NCBI GenBank assembly: GCA_965248925.1
Contig: CBDFLE010000006.1
Location: 4,928,001-4,992,000, forward strand
Origin: Candidatus Multivoradales bacterium
GTDB lineage: Bacteria > Acidobacteriota > Thermoanaerobaculia > Multivoradales > J023
DNA: 64,000 bases
Reading direction: 5' to 3'
Below the pieces are notes generated by a model. The model searched no databases. It was not told the DNA's origin and saw only the letters and a program-made list of their open reading frames with translations. How positions within the stretch are numbered: the stretch's first letter is position 1; each line of letters starts with the position of its first letter. This document shows positions 38,416 through 48,694 of the stretch, one piece after another. The position numbers were made by a program, and so were the translations under genes.

Positions 38416-40749
38416 ATGCGGAGGAAGAGAACTTGGAGCCTGGTTGTTGGCGGATCCGTGGGCGGATTGTTGCTAGCGGTAGCAAGTTTGGCGCAGCTGC
38501 CTGACGCGGCTACCGCGGCGATGGTGGCGCGGCTGGCGAAGTTGGCTGATTCGGCCGATCCGAACCTCAACACTTTTCTCAATGGTGCTCGGGTCGAGCA
38601 ACTGCGCACTCTATCCGAGCCCGATCTACCCGTCGATCAAGTGCGTTATTTTTACGCCTTGGGCAATGAGCTGCTACTCGATGGTCAGGGTCTGCCGGCG
38701 ATCGAGGCTTTGCAAAAGGTCATGCAGTTGCTCGGTGGACAGCCACTGGGCTTCGACGCGGCTTTTGTCGAGCAGGCGCAGAGCCGTCTGGCCTTGGCTT
38801 TCCTACGACTTGGCGAGTTGGAGAACTGCGTTGCCGCGCACACGGTCGACCGTTGTCTACTGCCGATCAGCGGCAGTGGCGTGCACACCATCGAGCGCGG
38901 CTCACGGGCGGCTATTCGGGCCTATTTCCCGCTGCTGCAAGCCCATCCCGAGCGGCTGGACTATCGCTGGTTGGTGAACCTGGCTTTTATGACCCTGGGC
39001 AAGCATCCCCAGGCGGTGCCACCGGAGCTGCTGATTCCCGCTACGGCCTTTGCCTCCAACTACGATCTGGGGCGCTTTGTCGATGTCGCTGCTGGCCTCG
39101 GCCTCGACACTTTTGGCCTTTCTGGTGGCAGTGTGGTAGAGGACTTCGATGGTGACGGCCTGCTCGACTTGATGATCTCCGGCTGGGGCCTCGACGAGCA
39201 GATTCGGTTTTTTCGCAACCTCGGCGACGGTCGCTTCGCCGACCGGACCGCTGTCGCCGGCCTGACCGGATTGACCGGTGGTCTCAATCTGGTGCAGGCT
39301 GATTACGATAACGATGGCTGGGTCGATGTTTTGGTTTTACGTGGCGCCTGGTTGCGCGCTGGTGGCGATCACCCCAACTCCTTACTGCGCAATCTCGGCG
39401 GCCGATTTGTCGATGTCACCGCCGCGGCGGGGTTGCTGACTCTGCACCCCACCCAAACCGCGGCGTGGGGAGACTACGACAACGACGGCTGGATCGACTT
39501 GTTCATCGGCAATGAGCATTTGGCCGACGATCCCCATGCCTCTGAGTTGTTTCGCAACAATGGCGACGGCACCTTCAGCGATCAGGCGAAAGTGGCGGCG
39601 GTGGAGGTCGGTGCTTACGTCAAGGGCAGTGTTTGGGCGGATTACGACAACGATGGCCGGATCGATCTTTTTGTTTCTAATATGTCGTCGCCGAACCGGA
39701 TTTACCGCAATCTGGGGCCTGATGTGGCGGGGCGCTGGCGTTTTGCCGACCACACTGCGCAGGCTGGGGTCGCGGAGCCCCTGGCCAGTTTTCCGGTGTG
39801 GTTCTGGGACTACGACAACGATGGTTGGGAAGACCTCCTGGTAAGCGGCTACCAGGGTTCCCTGGACGATATCGCCGCCGAGTACTTAGGCCGTAGCTTC
39901 GCCGGCGAGAGGCCGCGGTTGTACCACAACAACGGCGACGGCACCTTCACCGACCGGGCTCGCCGATCCGGACTCGACACCCTGGCCAAACCGATGGGTA
40001 GCAACTTCGGTGATCTCGACAACGACGGCTGGCTCGATTTCTACTACGGCACCGGCGATACCGAACTCAGCTCGCTGATGCCCAACCGGATGTTTCGCAA
40101 CGCAGGCGGCGAGAAATTTCAAGATGTCACTACCTCGGGCGGCTTCGGCCATTTGCAAAAAGGGCACGGAATATCGTTTGGCGATCTCGACAACGATGGC
40201 GACCAAGACGTATACGCGGTGATGGGTGGCGCTCATTCCGGCGATGGTTTTCACAATGCTCTATTCGCGAATCCGGGCCACGGTGGGCGGTGGATCACTC
40301 TGCGGCTGGTTGGAAAAGCTGCCAATCGAAGCGCCATCGGGGCGCGTCTGAAGGTGATTGTCGAAGAGGCTTATGAAAAGGCCGACCAGGAGGTTGCCGA
40401 AGCGGGTGGCACCTCGCTTGGCACCTCGCTTGGCACCTCGCTTGGCACCTCGCTTGGCACTTTGCTTCGGCAACGCGAGATCCACCGCACGGTGGGCTCG
40501 GGAGGTAGCTTCGGTGCTTCACCGCTGCGCCAGGAGATCGGCCTGGGACGGGCCCGGCGGATCGTCCGGGTCGAAGTTCGATGGCCGGGATCGGCGCAGC
40601 CGCAACTGCTGGAAGATCTGCAACTCAATAGTTTCTATGAAGTTCAGCAAGCTCGGCCACCCCGCTTGCTGCACTTGCCGAGTTTTTCCTTGGTCAAGAC
40701 GGCGAAGTCCGGTGCGGAGGCTGCGCACCAGCCCCCATCCGGTCGTTGA
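38416..40749 (+). CDS. CRTAC1-like FG-GAP / ASPIC-UnbV protein
   Basis: Repeated DYDNDGxxD motifs, NRSAIGAR, EIGLG, VRWP. Confidence 0.88.
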   Translation: MRRKRTWSLVVGGSVGGLLLAVASLAQLPDAATAAMVARLAKLADSADPNLNTFLNGARVEQLRTLSEPDLPVDQVRYFYALGNELLLDGQGLPAIEALQKVMQLLGGQPLGFDAAFVEQAQSRLALAFLRLGELENCVAAHTVDRCLLPISGSGVHTIERGSRAAIRAYFPLLQAHPERLDYRWLVNLAFMTLGKHPQAVPPELLIPATAFASNYDLGRFVDVAAGLGLDTFGLSGGSVVEDFDGDGLLDLMISGWGLDEQIRFFRNLGDGRFADRTAVAGLTGLTGGLNLVQADYDNDGWVDVLVLRGAWLRAGGDHPNSLLRNLGGRFVDVTAAAGLLTLHPTQTAAWGDYDNDGWIDLFIGNEHLADDPHASELFRNNGDGTFSDQAKVAAVEVGAYVKGSVWADYDNDGRIDLFVSNMSSPNRIYRNLGPDVAGRWRFADHTAQAGVAEPLASFPVWFWDYDNDGWEDLLVSGYQGSLDDIAAEYLGRSFAGERPRLYHNNGDGTFTDRARRSGLDTLAKPMGSNFGDLDNDGWLDFYYGTGDTELSSLMPNRMFRNAGGEKFQDVTTSGGFGHLQKGHGISFGDLDNDGDQDVYAVMGGAHSGDGFHNALFANPGHGGRWITLRLVGKAANRSAIGARLKVIVEEAYEKADQEVAEAGGTSLGTSLGTSLGTSLGTLLRQREIHRTVGSGGSFGASPLRQEIGLGRARRIVRVEVRWPGSAQPQLLEDLQLNSFYEVQQARPPRLLHLPSFSLVKTAKSGAEAAHQPPSGR
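40408..40460 (+). repeat. In-frame 12-bp tandem repeat (GGCACCTCGCTT x4.4)
   Basis: Encodes GTSL x4 inserted in the ASPIC/UnbV domain. Confidence 0.9.
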
Positions 40750-40875
40750 TCAGCGGATGACTCTTCCCTGAGGGGCCGTTGGCGGCAGCCAAAGACTGGG
40801 GAGCGGGTCAGGCCGAGAAGTTCGGTTCCTGGGATAAGCTCATTGCCAGCTCATCACTTAGGTTGAAATCACTTA

Positions 40876-41523
40876 TTGACAGAGAAATCACTACCGAGAG
40901 TGCTTCAGATGGATGGCGTTGAGGATTCCGGGTTCGACCAGAGTCTCGAGCCGGCGGAGAGAGTTCGCCGGGCGGTGCGGTGTTTTCAGGCCGGCCGCGA
41001 ACTCGAAGAGAGCTTTCGGGTGATCTTCGATGTCCACTACCCGGCAGTCGCCGCTTTCTTCGCCAGGCGAATCAAGTCACCCGAAGATCGTCTCGACCTA
41101 ACCCAAGAGACCTTTCTGCGAGTCTATAAAGGATTGAAGGGCTTTCGCGGCGACGCCCCTTTTGGCGCCTGGCTGTTCCGCATCGCGCGCAACGTGCTGC
41201 ATCGGTGTTTGGCCACCCGGGCACCGGCTGCGGAGCAGCTCAGTTGGCAGGAAGACGACACTAGGCCCGGCTCTTCGCAGTTGATCGTCACGGCAGACCC
41301 GGTGGTCGAGATCGTCGCGGCTGAGAACCGAGAGAAGTTGAAATTGGCGGTGCAGCAGTTGCCGCCCCAACGCCGGACTTGCATGGTGCTGAGGATTTAT
41401 CACGAACTCACCTACGTCCAGATTGCCAAGACCTTACGGCTGTCGGTCGGCACGGTGAAGGCGCATTTGGCGCAGGCGCGCAAGCAGCTCGAGGAGCTGA
41501 TGGTCGAAGGGGATCGAATCTAG
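40876..41523 (+). CDS. ECF sigma-70 factor
   Basis: DLTQETFLRVY, FGAWLFRIARN, LPPQRR, IAKTLRLSVGTVKAHL. Confidence 0.92.
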   Translation: MTEKSLPRVLQMDGVEDSGFDQSLEPAERVRRAVRCFQAGRELEESFRVIFDVHYPAVAAFFARRIKSPEDRLDLTQETFLRVYKGLKGFRGDAPFGAWLFRIARNVLHRCLATRAPAAEQLSWQEDDTRPGSSQLIVTADPVVEIVAAENREKLKLAVQQLPPQRRTCMVLRIYHELTYVQIAKTLRLSVGTVKAHLAQARKQLEELMVEGDRI

Positions 41524-41525
41524 CT

Positions 41526-42310
41526 ATGAGCAGAGTATCTCCCGAGTTCGAAGCGGCCCTTGGCGAGTCGATCGCCGCCCTACTGGCGGAGTCTCCAGAC
41601 CAAGAACTGGCCCATCCTTCCATCGACGATTGGCTAGCCTATCGGCGGGGAGATCCAGGGGAAGCCGAGAACTTGCGCTTGCAAGAGCATCTTCATGTTT
41701 GTCGGTCCTGCTTGGAAGAGCTGCTCGATCTGCAGGACTTTGTCGAGCCGGCCCCGCCATCGGACTCGAATATCTCGGACCTCTCCAAGGCAGCGGTTTG
41801 GCGGGAGTGCGCCGCCGGCTCGCGACGCCCCGCAGTTGGCCGCGCAACAGCTTGGTAGCGGCACTCTTTGTCGGCCTGATCGCCGCCGTTTCCTCCTCCT
41901 ACTCCAAGCACCAGCAGTTGGTCGCAATGTTGCGACCGACCACCGAAGCCAGAGTGCTCCACCTGGATTCAGCCAACGTACGCTCAGGCGGCCGCCCAGC
42001 GATGCCCAGCAATGCTCAGCAAGTAACGCTGGTCCTGCACCCGGAAGAGATCCGGGATTTTTCAGCTTTTCGAGCCGACTTGATCGATGCTCAGGGGCAG
42101 CGGCGCTGGCAGGGAGAAGTGCAGCGCGGAGCCTGTGAGATCGCCAGTGCGGATGCGGCCTACAGCTTCTGCATCGGCTTGCGTCGGGGGTTCTTGCCAG
42201 TCGGTGAATACAGAGTCGATCTCTGGGGACGCGACGACGAGGCATGGGAGAAGATCGACACCTTCCCCTTGGTGTCTAGAGAGCAGCACCCATCCCAAGG
42301 AAGTGGTTAG
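41526..42310 (+). pseudogene. zf-HC2 anti-sigma factor with a single frameshift near 41803
   Basis: One frame gives HP...EHLHVCRSC; TM and extracytoplasmic part continue in another frame after TGGCGGGAGTG (one G short). Confidence 0.7.
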
Positions 42311-42321
42311 ATATCGACTCG

Positions 42322-45300
42322 ATGACAGCACCCAGACTCACTCCAAGATCTTCAGCTCTGCTGTTGTTGCTGGCGTTCTGGCTGCTGCCATCCTGTCAGC
42401 CACCGACTGAAACGAGCCCAGCAGCGACGGAGCCGGTAGCTATCCCGGTTGCCGAACCCACCCAACTCCCTTGTCGGCCCATCAATCTGGTGGCGGATCA
42501 GCCGCTGACCCGGACCTTGCCCGAGAATGGTTGCGATCGCTTCGAGATCGAGTTGGAGGCCGGTAGCTTTCTGCAGATTGAGGCTCAACAGATCAGCGTT
42601 GACCTGAAGATCGAACTCTACGGACCGGGGGGGGCGGAGCCGTTGGTGGTTGTTGACAGCCATTTTGTCAGGGAGGGGGATTGGGGCGAGAATCTAGAGT
42701 TGCTCTTAAGGGTGGCCGAGGTCTCAGGGATCTACAGGGTTGAAATCATAGGATGGGAAGGGTCCTTTGGAGGATATCAAGCACGATTAAAGCAAGTGCG
42801 TGTCGCCGAGATCCATGATCGCGACGCCTCGAAATTATGTGAACTACTGTACAAGGCTGACTACGAATCTGACCACGAGAGATATAAGAAAGCGGAGAAG
42901 ATCTTAGGTGAAATGATGATACTTGCTCGAAAGAGTGGGGCTTTGCGTTACGAGGCAATTGCAGGCCAACGGCTTGGTCGCATTCATAGAAAATTTCTAG
43001 AGGATCTGACATCTGCGGAGCGTTTCTATAGCCAATCACTTATTGCCTACAGGAAGATTGATGACCTTTTCGAGCAGTCTGTAGTTCTCAACAACCTAGG
43101 TCGTATTCATCGTGCATGGGGAAGAATGGACGAGGCAGTTGAATTCTGGGAGCAGGCTCGGGATCTCAAGAAATTGGCAGGTGATAAACGTGGGGAGGCA
43201 AGATCTTTCGCCAACCTAGGGAACGCTTTCAGGTTTCACGGTCAATTTCAGCAAGCACTGACCGCCTATGACCAAGCCGTGCAAGTGCTCTCGGAAGGAG
43301 TGCCAGAAGTAGGCGTTGGCATTGTTCTGAACAACAGGGGAACGCTGTACTCCCTGCTTGGCGACGATCGTCAAGCTCTTGTGGATCATCGCCGGGCTTT
43401 GGATCTGGCCCAGCAAGTTTCGGACCTTCGGTTGCAGGCCGACTCAGAGACTGCGATCGGGCGGATTCAAGATCGTCTCGGGGAGTCTCAGGTAGCTTTA
43501 GGCACGCTCAAGCGAGCCCTCGATCTGCAAACAGAAGCTGGGACCCGACTTGGCAGAGCTAGAACCCTTCGAAGTCTTGCTTCAGCCTACGAGCAACTAG
43601 ATCGGGACACACAGGCCAGAGCGATTAGTCTTGAAGCGCTTACCCAGTTTCGAGACCTCGAGTCACCTCATGGAGTAGCTACTGTGCAATCTGGCATGGG
43701 TCGTATTTTGCTGAAGGAAGGGAACGGTAAAGGAGCCTTGGCATATTTTCGTGAAGCCTTAGACGGTTTCAGGCAGGTGAGTGATACCGGTGCCGAGATT
43801 GAAGTTCTAGCGGAGATCACCAAAGTAGAGCGTTTCTTGGGGCGTCCGGGGTCGGCTGCCCAAACAGCTAGACTAGCTCTGGAGGTCTTCGAGGAAGTTC
43901 GAAGTCAAGCGCCGGGATTCTATCTGCGTTCACAGTATGCTTCTTCTCAGAGGGGGCTGCATGACCTGTTGGTCGAATTGCATATGGAGCTTTCTAGAAA
44001 AGACCCGTCGGGAAAACACGACAGTGAAGCGTTACAGTTCAGCGAGAGATCACGAGCCCGATCACTACTGGATTTTCTAGAGTTCGACATCAGAGGGTCA
44101 CGCCAGAAGGCCGACTCTGAACTGCTCGAAGAAGAGGAGGCACTGATCGAGATGCTGAGCGTTCTCGAGTCTGAACGTCTGGGTTTGCTCGATAGTCCTG
44201 AATTGGGGATGGAGGATCTGAAAGCCGTTGAGGGGCGGATCGCTGAGCTTGTTCGCGAACTCCGCAGTGTGGGAAGCCAGATTGAGATTGGAGACTCATC
44301 CCACCCGCAGGACCGCAGTGCTGTGCTTACTGTTGACGAGATTCAACGGTTGGTTCTGGATGAAGAGACGCTTCTTTTGCAATACTTCCTTGGCCGCAAT
44401 CGGAGCTATCTCTGGGTGGTTTCAACGGATTCCATAGACACATTTGAGCTACCTTCTCAAGGGGAAGTTGAGCGCCTTGCACGACGAGCTTATGAGAAGA
44501 TAAGTAGTCGCCGCTCGCGTGCGACTCGTCAGCGCGAAGTGCTGTCGAGGTTGAGCGACGTTCTGCTTGGTCCTGCGGCCCATTTGCTGGCTGAGAAGCG
44601 TTTGTTAGTGGTTGCCGATGGGGCTCTTCACTATCTTCCCTTTGGCGTGATGCCTGAGCCACGGCATCCTAATGACGTTGGTGACCGGATGCTTCTCGTA
44701 CAACGGCATGAAATCGTTACAATGCCATCTGCATCGGCATTGGCGGCTCTTCGTCGCCGAATAGAAGACCGGCTTTTGCCGCGTGAAACCGTCGCGGTGC
44801 TTGCAGACCCCATTGGCCTTTTCGAGCCTGAGACAGAGCGAATGAGTAGCGGAACCCTAGAAGCAACTAGTAGACAATACAAGCCCTTGCCGTTCGCCCT
44901 TGAGGAGGCAGAGGCGATCATTCGGCTCTCAGGAGAAGAAGGGAGTTTTCTGGCAAGTGGATACGACGCTACTCTGGAGCTAGCTACCTCGGCACGATTA
45001 CGCGATTTCAAGATTGTTCATTTCGCTACCCACGGTGAACTCAATGCAGATGCTCCCGAGCTTTCACAACTTGTGTTCTCGCGTTTCGATCGAGAGGGGC
45101 GCGTGCTGCGAAACAGCTTGTTCGTGCATCAGGTGTTCCAACTTGATCTTCCCGTGGAGTTGGTGGTGGCGAGTGCCTGCAGCACGGCGTTGGGCGCAGA
45201 GGTTCGAGGAGAGGGCCTTATCGGTCTGACTCAGGGCTTTCTGACCGCCGGTGCCGCGCGAGTCTTGGTTAGTTTATGGCGAGTCGATGATCGTGCTACT

Positions 45301-45498
45301 GCTGAGCTAATGGAGCGATTCTACCGCTACTTGCTAGTCGAACGATTGGCTCCTGCTTCCGCACTCCGTTCGGCCCAGTTGTCGATCCGCAAGGACCCGA
45401 GATGGCGGGCACCGTATTTCTGGGCTGGATTCGTCCTGCAGGGGGAATGGCGCTCGTTCGAGGTAGGCAGGTCGCTCGGTGCTGCGTCGGCGCACTAA
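42322..45498 (+). CDS. Lipoprotein with PPC-like domain, TPRs and CHAT (caspase-like) protease
   Basis: LLPSC lipobox-like; TPRs; ERSRARSLLD; ADGALHYLPF; catalytic HFATHG and ASACST; PYFWAGF. Confidence 0.9.
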   Translation: MTAPRLTPRSSALLLLLAFWLLPSCQPPTETSPAATEPVAIPVAEPTQLPCRPINLVADQPLTRTLPENGCDRFEIELEAGSFLQIEAQQISVDLKIELYGPGGAEPLVVVDSHFVREGDWGENLELLLRVAEVSGIYRVEIIGWEGSFGGYQARLKQVRVAEIHDRDASKLCELLYKADYESDHERYKKAEKILGEMMILARKSGALRYEAIAGQRLGRIHRKFLEDLTSAERFYSQSLIAYRKIDDLFEQSVVLNNLGRIHRAWGRMDEAVEFWEQARDLKKLAGDKRGEARSFANLGNAFRFHGQFQQALTAYDQAVQVLSEGVPEVGVGIVLNNRGTLYSLLGDDRQALVDHRRALDLAQQVSDLRLQADSETAIGRIQDRLGESQVALGTLKRALDLQTEAGTRLGRARTLRSLASAYEQLDRDTQARAISLEALTQFRDLESPHGVATVQSGMGRILLKEGNGKGALAYFREALDGFRQVSDTGAEIEVLAEITKVERFLGRPGSAAQTARLALEVFEEVRSQAPGFYLRSQYASSQRGLHDLLVELHMELSRKDPSGKHDSEALQFSERSRARSLLDFLEFDIRGSRQKADSELLEEEEALIEMLSVLESERLGLLDSPELGMEDLKAVEGRIAELVRELRSVGSQIEIGDSSHPQDRSAVLTVDEIQRLVLDEETLLLQYFLGRNRSYLWVVSTDSIDTFELPSQGEVERLARRAYEKISSRRSRATRQREVLSRLSDVLLGPAAHLLAEKRLLVVADGALHYLPFGVMPEPRHPNDVGDRMLLVQRHEIVTMPSASALAALRRRIEDRLLPRETVAVLADPIGLFEPETERMSSGTLEATSRQYKPLPFALEEAEAIIRLSGEEGSFLASGYDATLELATSARLRDFKIVHFATHGELNADAPELSQLVFSRFDREGRVLRNSLFVHQVFQLDLPVELVVASACSTALGAEVRGEGLIGLTQGFLTAGAARVLVSLWRVDDRATAELMERFYRYLLVERLAPASALRSAQLSIRKDPRWRAPYFWAGFVLQGEWRSFEVGRSLGAASAH

Positions 45499-45567
45499 AC
45501 ATTCAGAAGTAACGCTGATCTTAATGCTTGAACGGTCTACTACCGGCACCCCGAATAGGAGCGAGCT

Positions 45568-45777
45568 ATGCCAGTGTACTTGGATGAAGAGGGCCATGGT
45601 GATTCAGAACTTGATCAGCAGGCTAGAGGCTTAAGCACTACCGATCTCACGGTCCGCTGCTCCTGCAGCCGAGAGATGATCCGGAGCGGGCTGCGTAAGG
45701 AGCCTGACCAACATGTCTACACTTATGGGTGTAAGCGGTGCAGTTATGAGATTGAGGTCTTGGTGCCATCGTTCTAG
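45568..45777 (+). CDS. 69-aa Cys-rich (Zn-ribbon-like) microprotein
   Basis: AGGAG SD; CSC...CKRC. Confidence 0.5.
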   Translation: MPVYLDEEGHGDSELDQQARGLSTTDLTVRCSCSREMIRSGLRKEPDQHVYTYGCKRCSYEIEVLVPSF

Positions 45778-45927
45778 GTCGCAATCTATCTTGACGTTCT
45801 CTATTTCTGAATGGAACACGGTTCCCTCTCGGTCCGCGGCGGTTCTTTGTCTGCCGGGATCGAGAGCTGCTGCTGTGGCAGAGCGGCTACTTTTTTCGTT
45901 GCCTTGTTGCAGCCTGACTTTTGGGGG

Positions 45928-48555
45928 ATGGGTATGCCCAGTATTGACGACTCACAGCTGGTTCCAGACCAGGTTCTAGACGAGCGCTACAAGATCTACA
46001 CCTTGCTCGGTGGCGGCGGGCAGGGTGAGGTTTACCGTGCCGATGATATGAAACTGGGCAAGTTTGTGGCGCTGAAGGTACTGCATGCTAAAGGCCGGGA
46101 GGAGCGGCGGCGGCTGCGCCTGGAAGCTAGGGTGGCGCAGGAGGTGTCGCACCCGAATGTCTGCCGAGTGCACGATATCGGTGCGTTTGGCAAGCATGTC
46201 TACCTGTCGATGGAATACGTCGATGGTGAGGATCTGGGCAGCATCTTGCACCGCGAGGTCGGCAGCCTGGGGGAGGGCGAAAAACTGTCGATCGCCTATC
46301 AGCTGTGCGCTGGGTTGCAAGCGATTCATGAAGCTGGGGTGGTCCATCGCGACTTGAAACCCGGCAATGTGATGATCGGCGGCCGCGGACGGGTGGTGAT
46401 CAGTGATTTCGGCCTCGCCGAGATCGGTGCTGGTATCCCCGATCCGAAGTCCGGTACTTGGCGCTACATGGCACCTGAGCAGTTGGCTGGGGAGGGGGTG
46501 TCGCAGAAGAGCGATCTCTATGCCCTCGGGCTGCTGCTGTTTGAGCTTTTCTGCGGCAAGAGCCCGTTCTCGGCCCGGTGTCCCGAAGAATTGATGGAAG
46601 TTCAGCGTCAGAAGCTCGCTTTCCCGGCGCAGCTCAAACCCGAGGTGAAGGAGGCGATTCGCCAATGCTTGCAGCCGCTACCGCAGCTGCGGCCGGCTTC
46701 GCCCTGGGCGGTCGCCGATCTACTACCCGGCGATATCGTGCAGATTCTGCACCCTGTGGACGGGCCGCCGCAGCCCGAGTCGTTGCTGCTTGTACCGCGA
46801 GGCAATCTCGGCCGCCGGGCAGCTTGGAGCTGCCTCTTGGCCATCATCGCCGCCTTGCTGCTGCTTGCCACCTTCGGCTCGCGAGCCCAAGTGGTGGGTC
46901 TGTCTGAGCTCTCCGAACCGCCAGCGGTGCTGGAGAGGCTGGCCCGTGAAGTGCTTGCTGAACTCGGCCGCAACCGCCCCGATTGGGACTCGATGAGTGG
47001 CTTCTCGTACGACGACAGAGCCGTGCGGCGGATCGCCAACCAGGATTCGTCACCGGATCGCTGGTCAGGGCTGGCCGGCAGTCGGGCTGACCCGGTCGAT
47101 TTCTGGTATCGCCAAAGTCCGGACAATCTTCTGCCTCTAGAGAGCGGCAGGATCATGGCGGCGGACGATGACCCGCCGGCTAACATTCCCGGAATGACCA
47201 CCGTCAGGCTGGATGTGCGGGGCCGGCTGCGCTCTTTTGAGGCTATTGTCATAACCCCCGCGTTGTCGTCGGTACCTACTTTGTCACCGGATCAGGAGCC
47301 GCCGCTTTGGTCGGCTTTGATGCCACCGTTGTTCACCGCGGCGGGGCTCGATTTCGAACCCTTCAGGAGGATCCTGCCGGTTGATCCTCTGCTGATCGAA
47401 GGGCACTTACCGGCCGCTTCCTGGATGGCTTGGGAGGGCCCGGACAGGCCAGAATCTAGCCATGCGATGCGGGTTGAAGCAGCCGTGGTCGGCAGCCGGG
47501 TCGTGGGATTTAGGGTTTTCGAGCTGCGCTCGCGAGAGACGCTCAGGGAACAACCCAGGCTGAGCAAGATCTTGGGACAAGTAGGGCAGTGGGTCACCAC
47601 CCTGTGGTTCACCATGACTCTGCTGCTGACCTTGGTGTGGACTCAGCACAACCTGCGCCGCCGCCGGGCGGATACCACTACCGCTCTGCGGCTGGTGATC
47701 CTACTGCTGATTATCAGGGGCGTGGTGTGGCTGCTGGGCGCCCATCATCTGCACGGCCTGGACGGGGTCCGGGTTTTTCGTGCTCAGCTAGCCTGGGCGC
47801 TCTACGATGGGGCTCTGGCGTGGCTGATCTACATTGCTTTGGAGCCCCATCTGCGGCGCCATTGGCCGGAGCGGTTGGCCTCGTGGGCGCGGTTGGTTCG
47901 CGGCCGGATCTTTGATCCGCTGGTAGGGCGCGATGTGCTGATCGGCATCTTCGGCGGCATCGCCGCGGTGCTCTCACAGCGTCTCTATGCGTTGGCCCCG
48001 GCCTGGTTGGGGATGCCACCACCTCGGCCCGATCTTCTGCAATCTCTGATTTGGCAACGCGGTTCGAGCTTCGGCGCCTTTAACGCCGAACTCGAAGCCC
48101 TACGCGGGTTTCGGCACGCACTGGCGATCGAGGTCTTAGTGCTGGAGAGGGCTCTGCTGTTGGCTTTCTGCGGGGTTGTGGGGGCGCTGATGCTGCGGAC
48201 CCTGCTGCCCGCCAGGTGGATGGCCCTGGTCTCGGTAATGACCTTGTTCACCGCTGTATGGTACCCAGTGGGTGCGGGGCATCCTCTGTTCGACCTGTTG
48301 ATGGCGGCGATCGCCACCGGTTTGTGGCTCTTGGTGTTGGTGCGGTATGGCTTTTTGGCGGTGGTGGTGACCACGGCCACCGCTTGGCTGTTGAACAGCC
48401 ATCCGCTGACCCTGGATTTCGAGAGTTGGTATTTCAATGGCTCAGCCGCGGTGTTGCTGACCATCGCGTTGGCTGCTTGCAGCGCTTTCTGGGTGGCGTT
48501 GGCGGGCCGCTCGCCTCTGCCTGAGATTGCGGTGATTCGAAACCGCGGGGAATAG
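45928..48555 (+). CDS. Hanks-type Ser/Thr kinase with extracytoplasmic and multi-TM C-terminal region
   Basis: GGGGQG, VALK, HRDLKPGN, DFG, APE; one TM, a soluble domain, then several TM helices; start 45928 or 45934. Confidence 0.9.
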   Translation: MGMPSIDDSQLVPDQVLDERYKIYTLLGGGGQGEVYRADDMKLGKFVALKVLHAKGREERRRLRLEARVAQEVSHPNVCRVHDIGAFGKHVYLSMEYVDGEDLGSILHREVGSLGEGEKLSIAYQLCAGLQAIHEAGVVHRDLKPGNVMIGGRGRVVISDFGLAEIGAGIPDPKSGTWRYMAPEQLAGEGVSQKSDLYALGLLLFELFCGKSPFSARCPEELMEVQRQKLAFPAQLKPEVKEAIRQCLQPLPQLRPASPWAVADLLPGDIVQILHPVDGPPQPESLLLVPRGNLGRRAAWSCLLAIIAALLLLATFGSRAQVVGLSELSEPPAVLERLAREVLAELGRNRPDWDSMSGFSYDDRAVRRIANQDSSPDRWSGLAGSRADPVDFWYRQSPDNLLPLESGRIMAADDDPPANIPGMTTVRLDVRGRLRSFEAIVITPALSSVPTLSPDQEPPLWSALMPPLFTAAGLDFEPFRRILPVDPLLIEGHLPAASWMAWEGPDRPESSHAMRVEAAVVGSRVVGFRVFELRSRETLREQPRLSKILGQVGQWVTTLWFTMTLLLTLVWTQHNLRRRRADTTTALRLVILLLIIRGVVWLLGAHHLHGLDGVRVFRAQLAWALYDGALAWLIYIALEPHLRRHWPERLASWARLVRGRIFDPLVGRDVLIGIFGGIAAVLSQRLYALAPAWLGMPPPRPDLLQSLIWQRGSSFGAFNAELEALRGFRHALAIEVLVLERALLLAFCGVVGALMLRTLLPARWMALVSVMTLFTAVWYPVGAGHPLFDLLMAAIATGLWLLVLVRYGFLAVVVTTATAWLLNSHPLTLDFESWYFNGSAAVLLTIALAACSAFWVALAGRSPLPEIAVIRNRGE

Positions 48556-48694
48556 GGTAAGAGGTGCTGAATTTACCGCCGAGCCGGGTCTGCTCAGGGA
48601 TGCACTGCTGTCTGATCGAGTGGACGGTCGCCGGCAGCAGGAAAACGGTAGTCGGCGCTGAAGGGCTGGTGCGAGGCTTGCAGGTCGAACCGTC

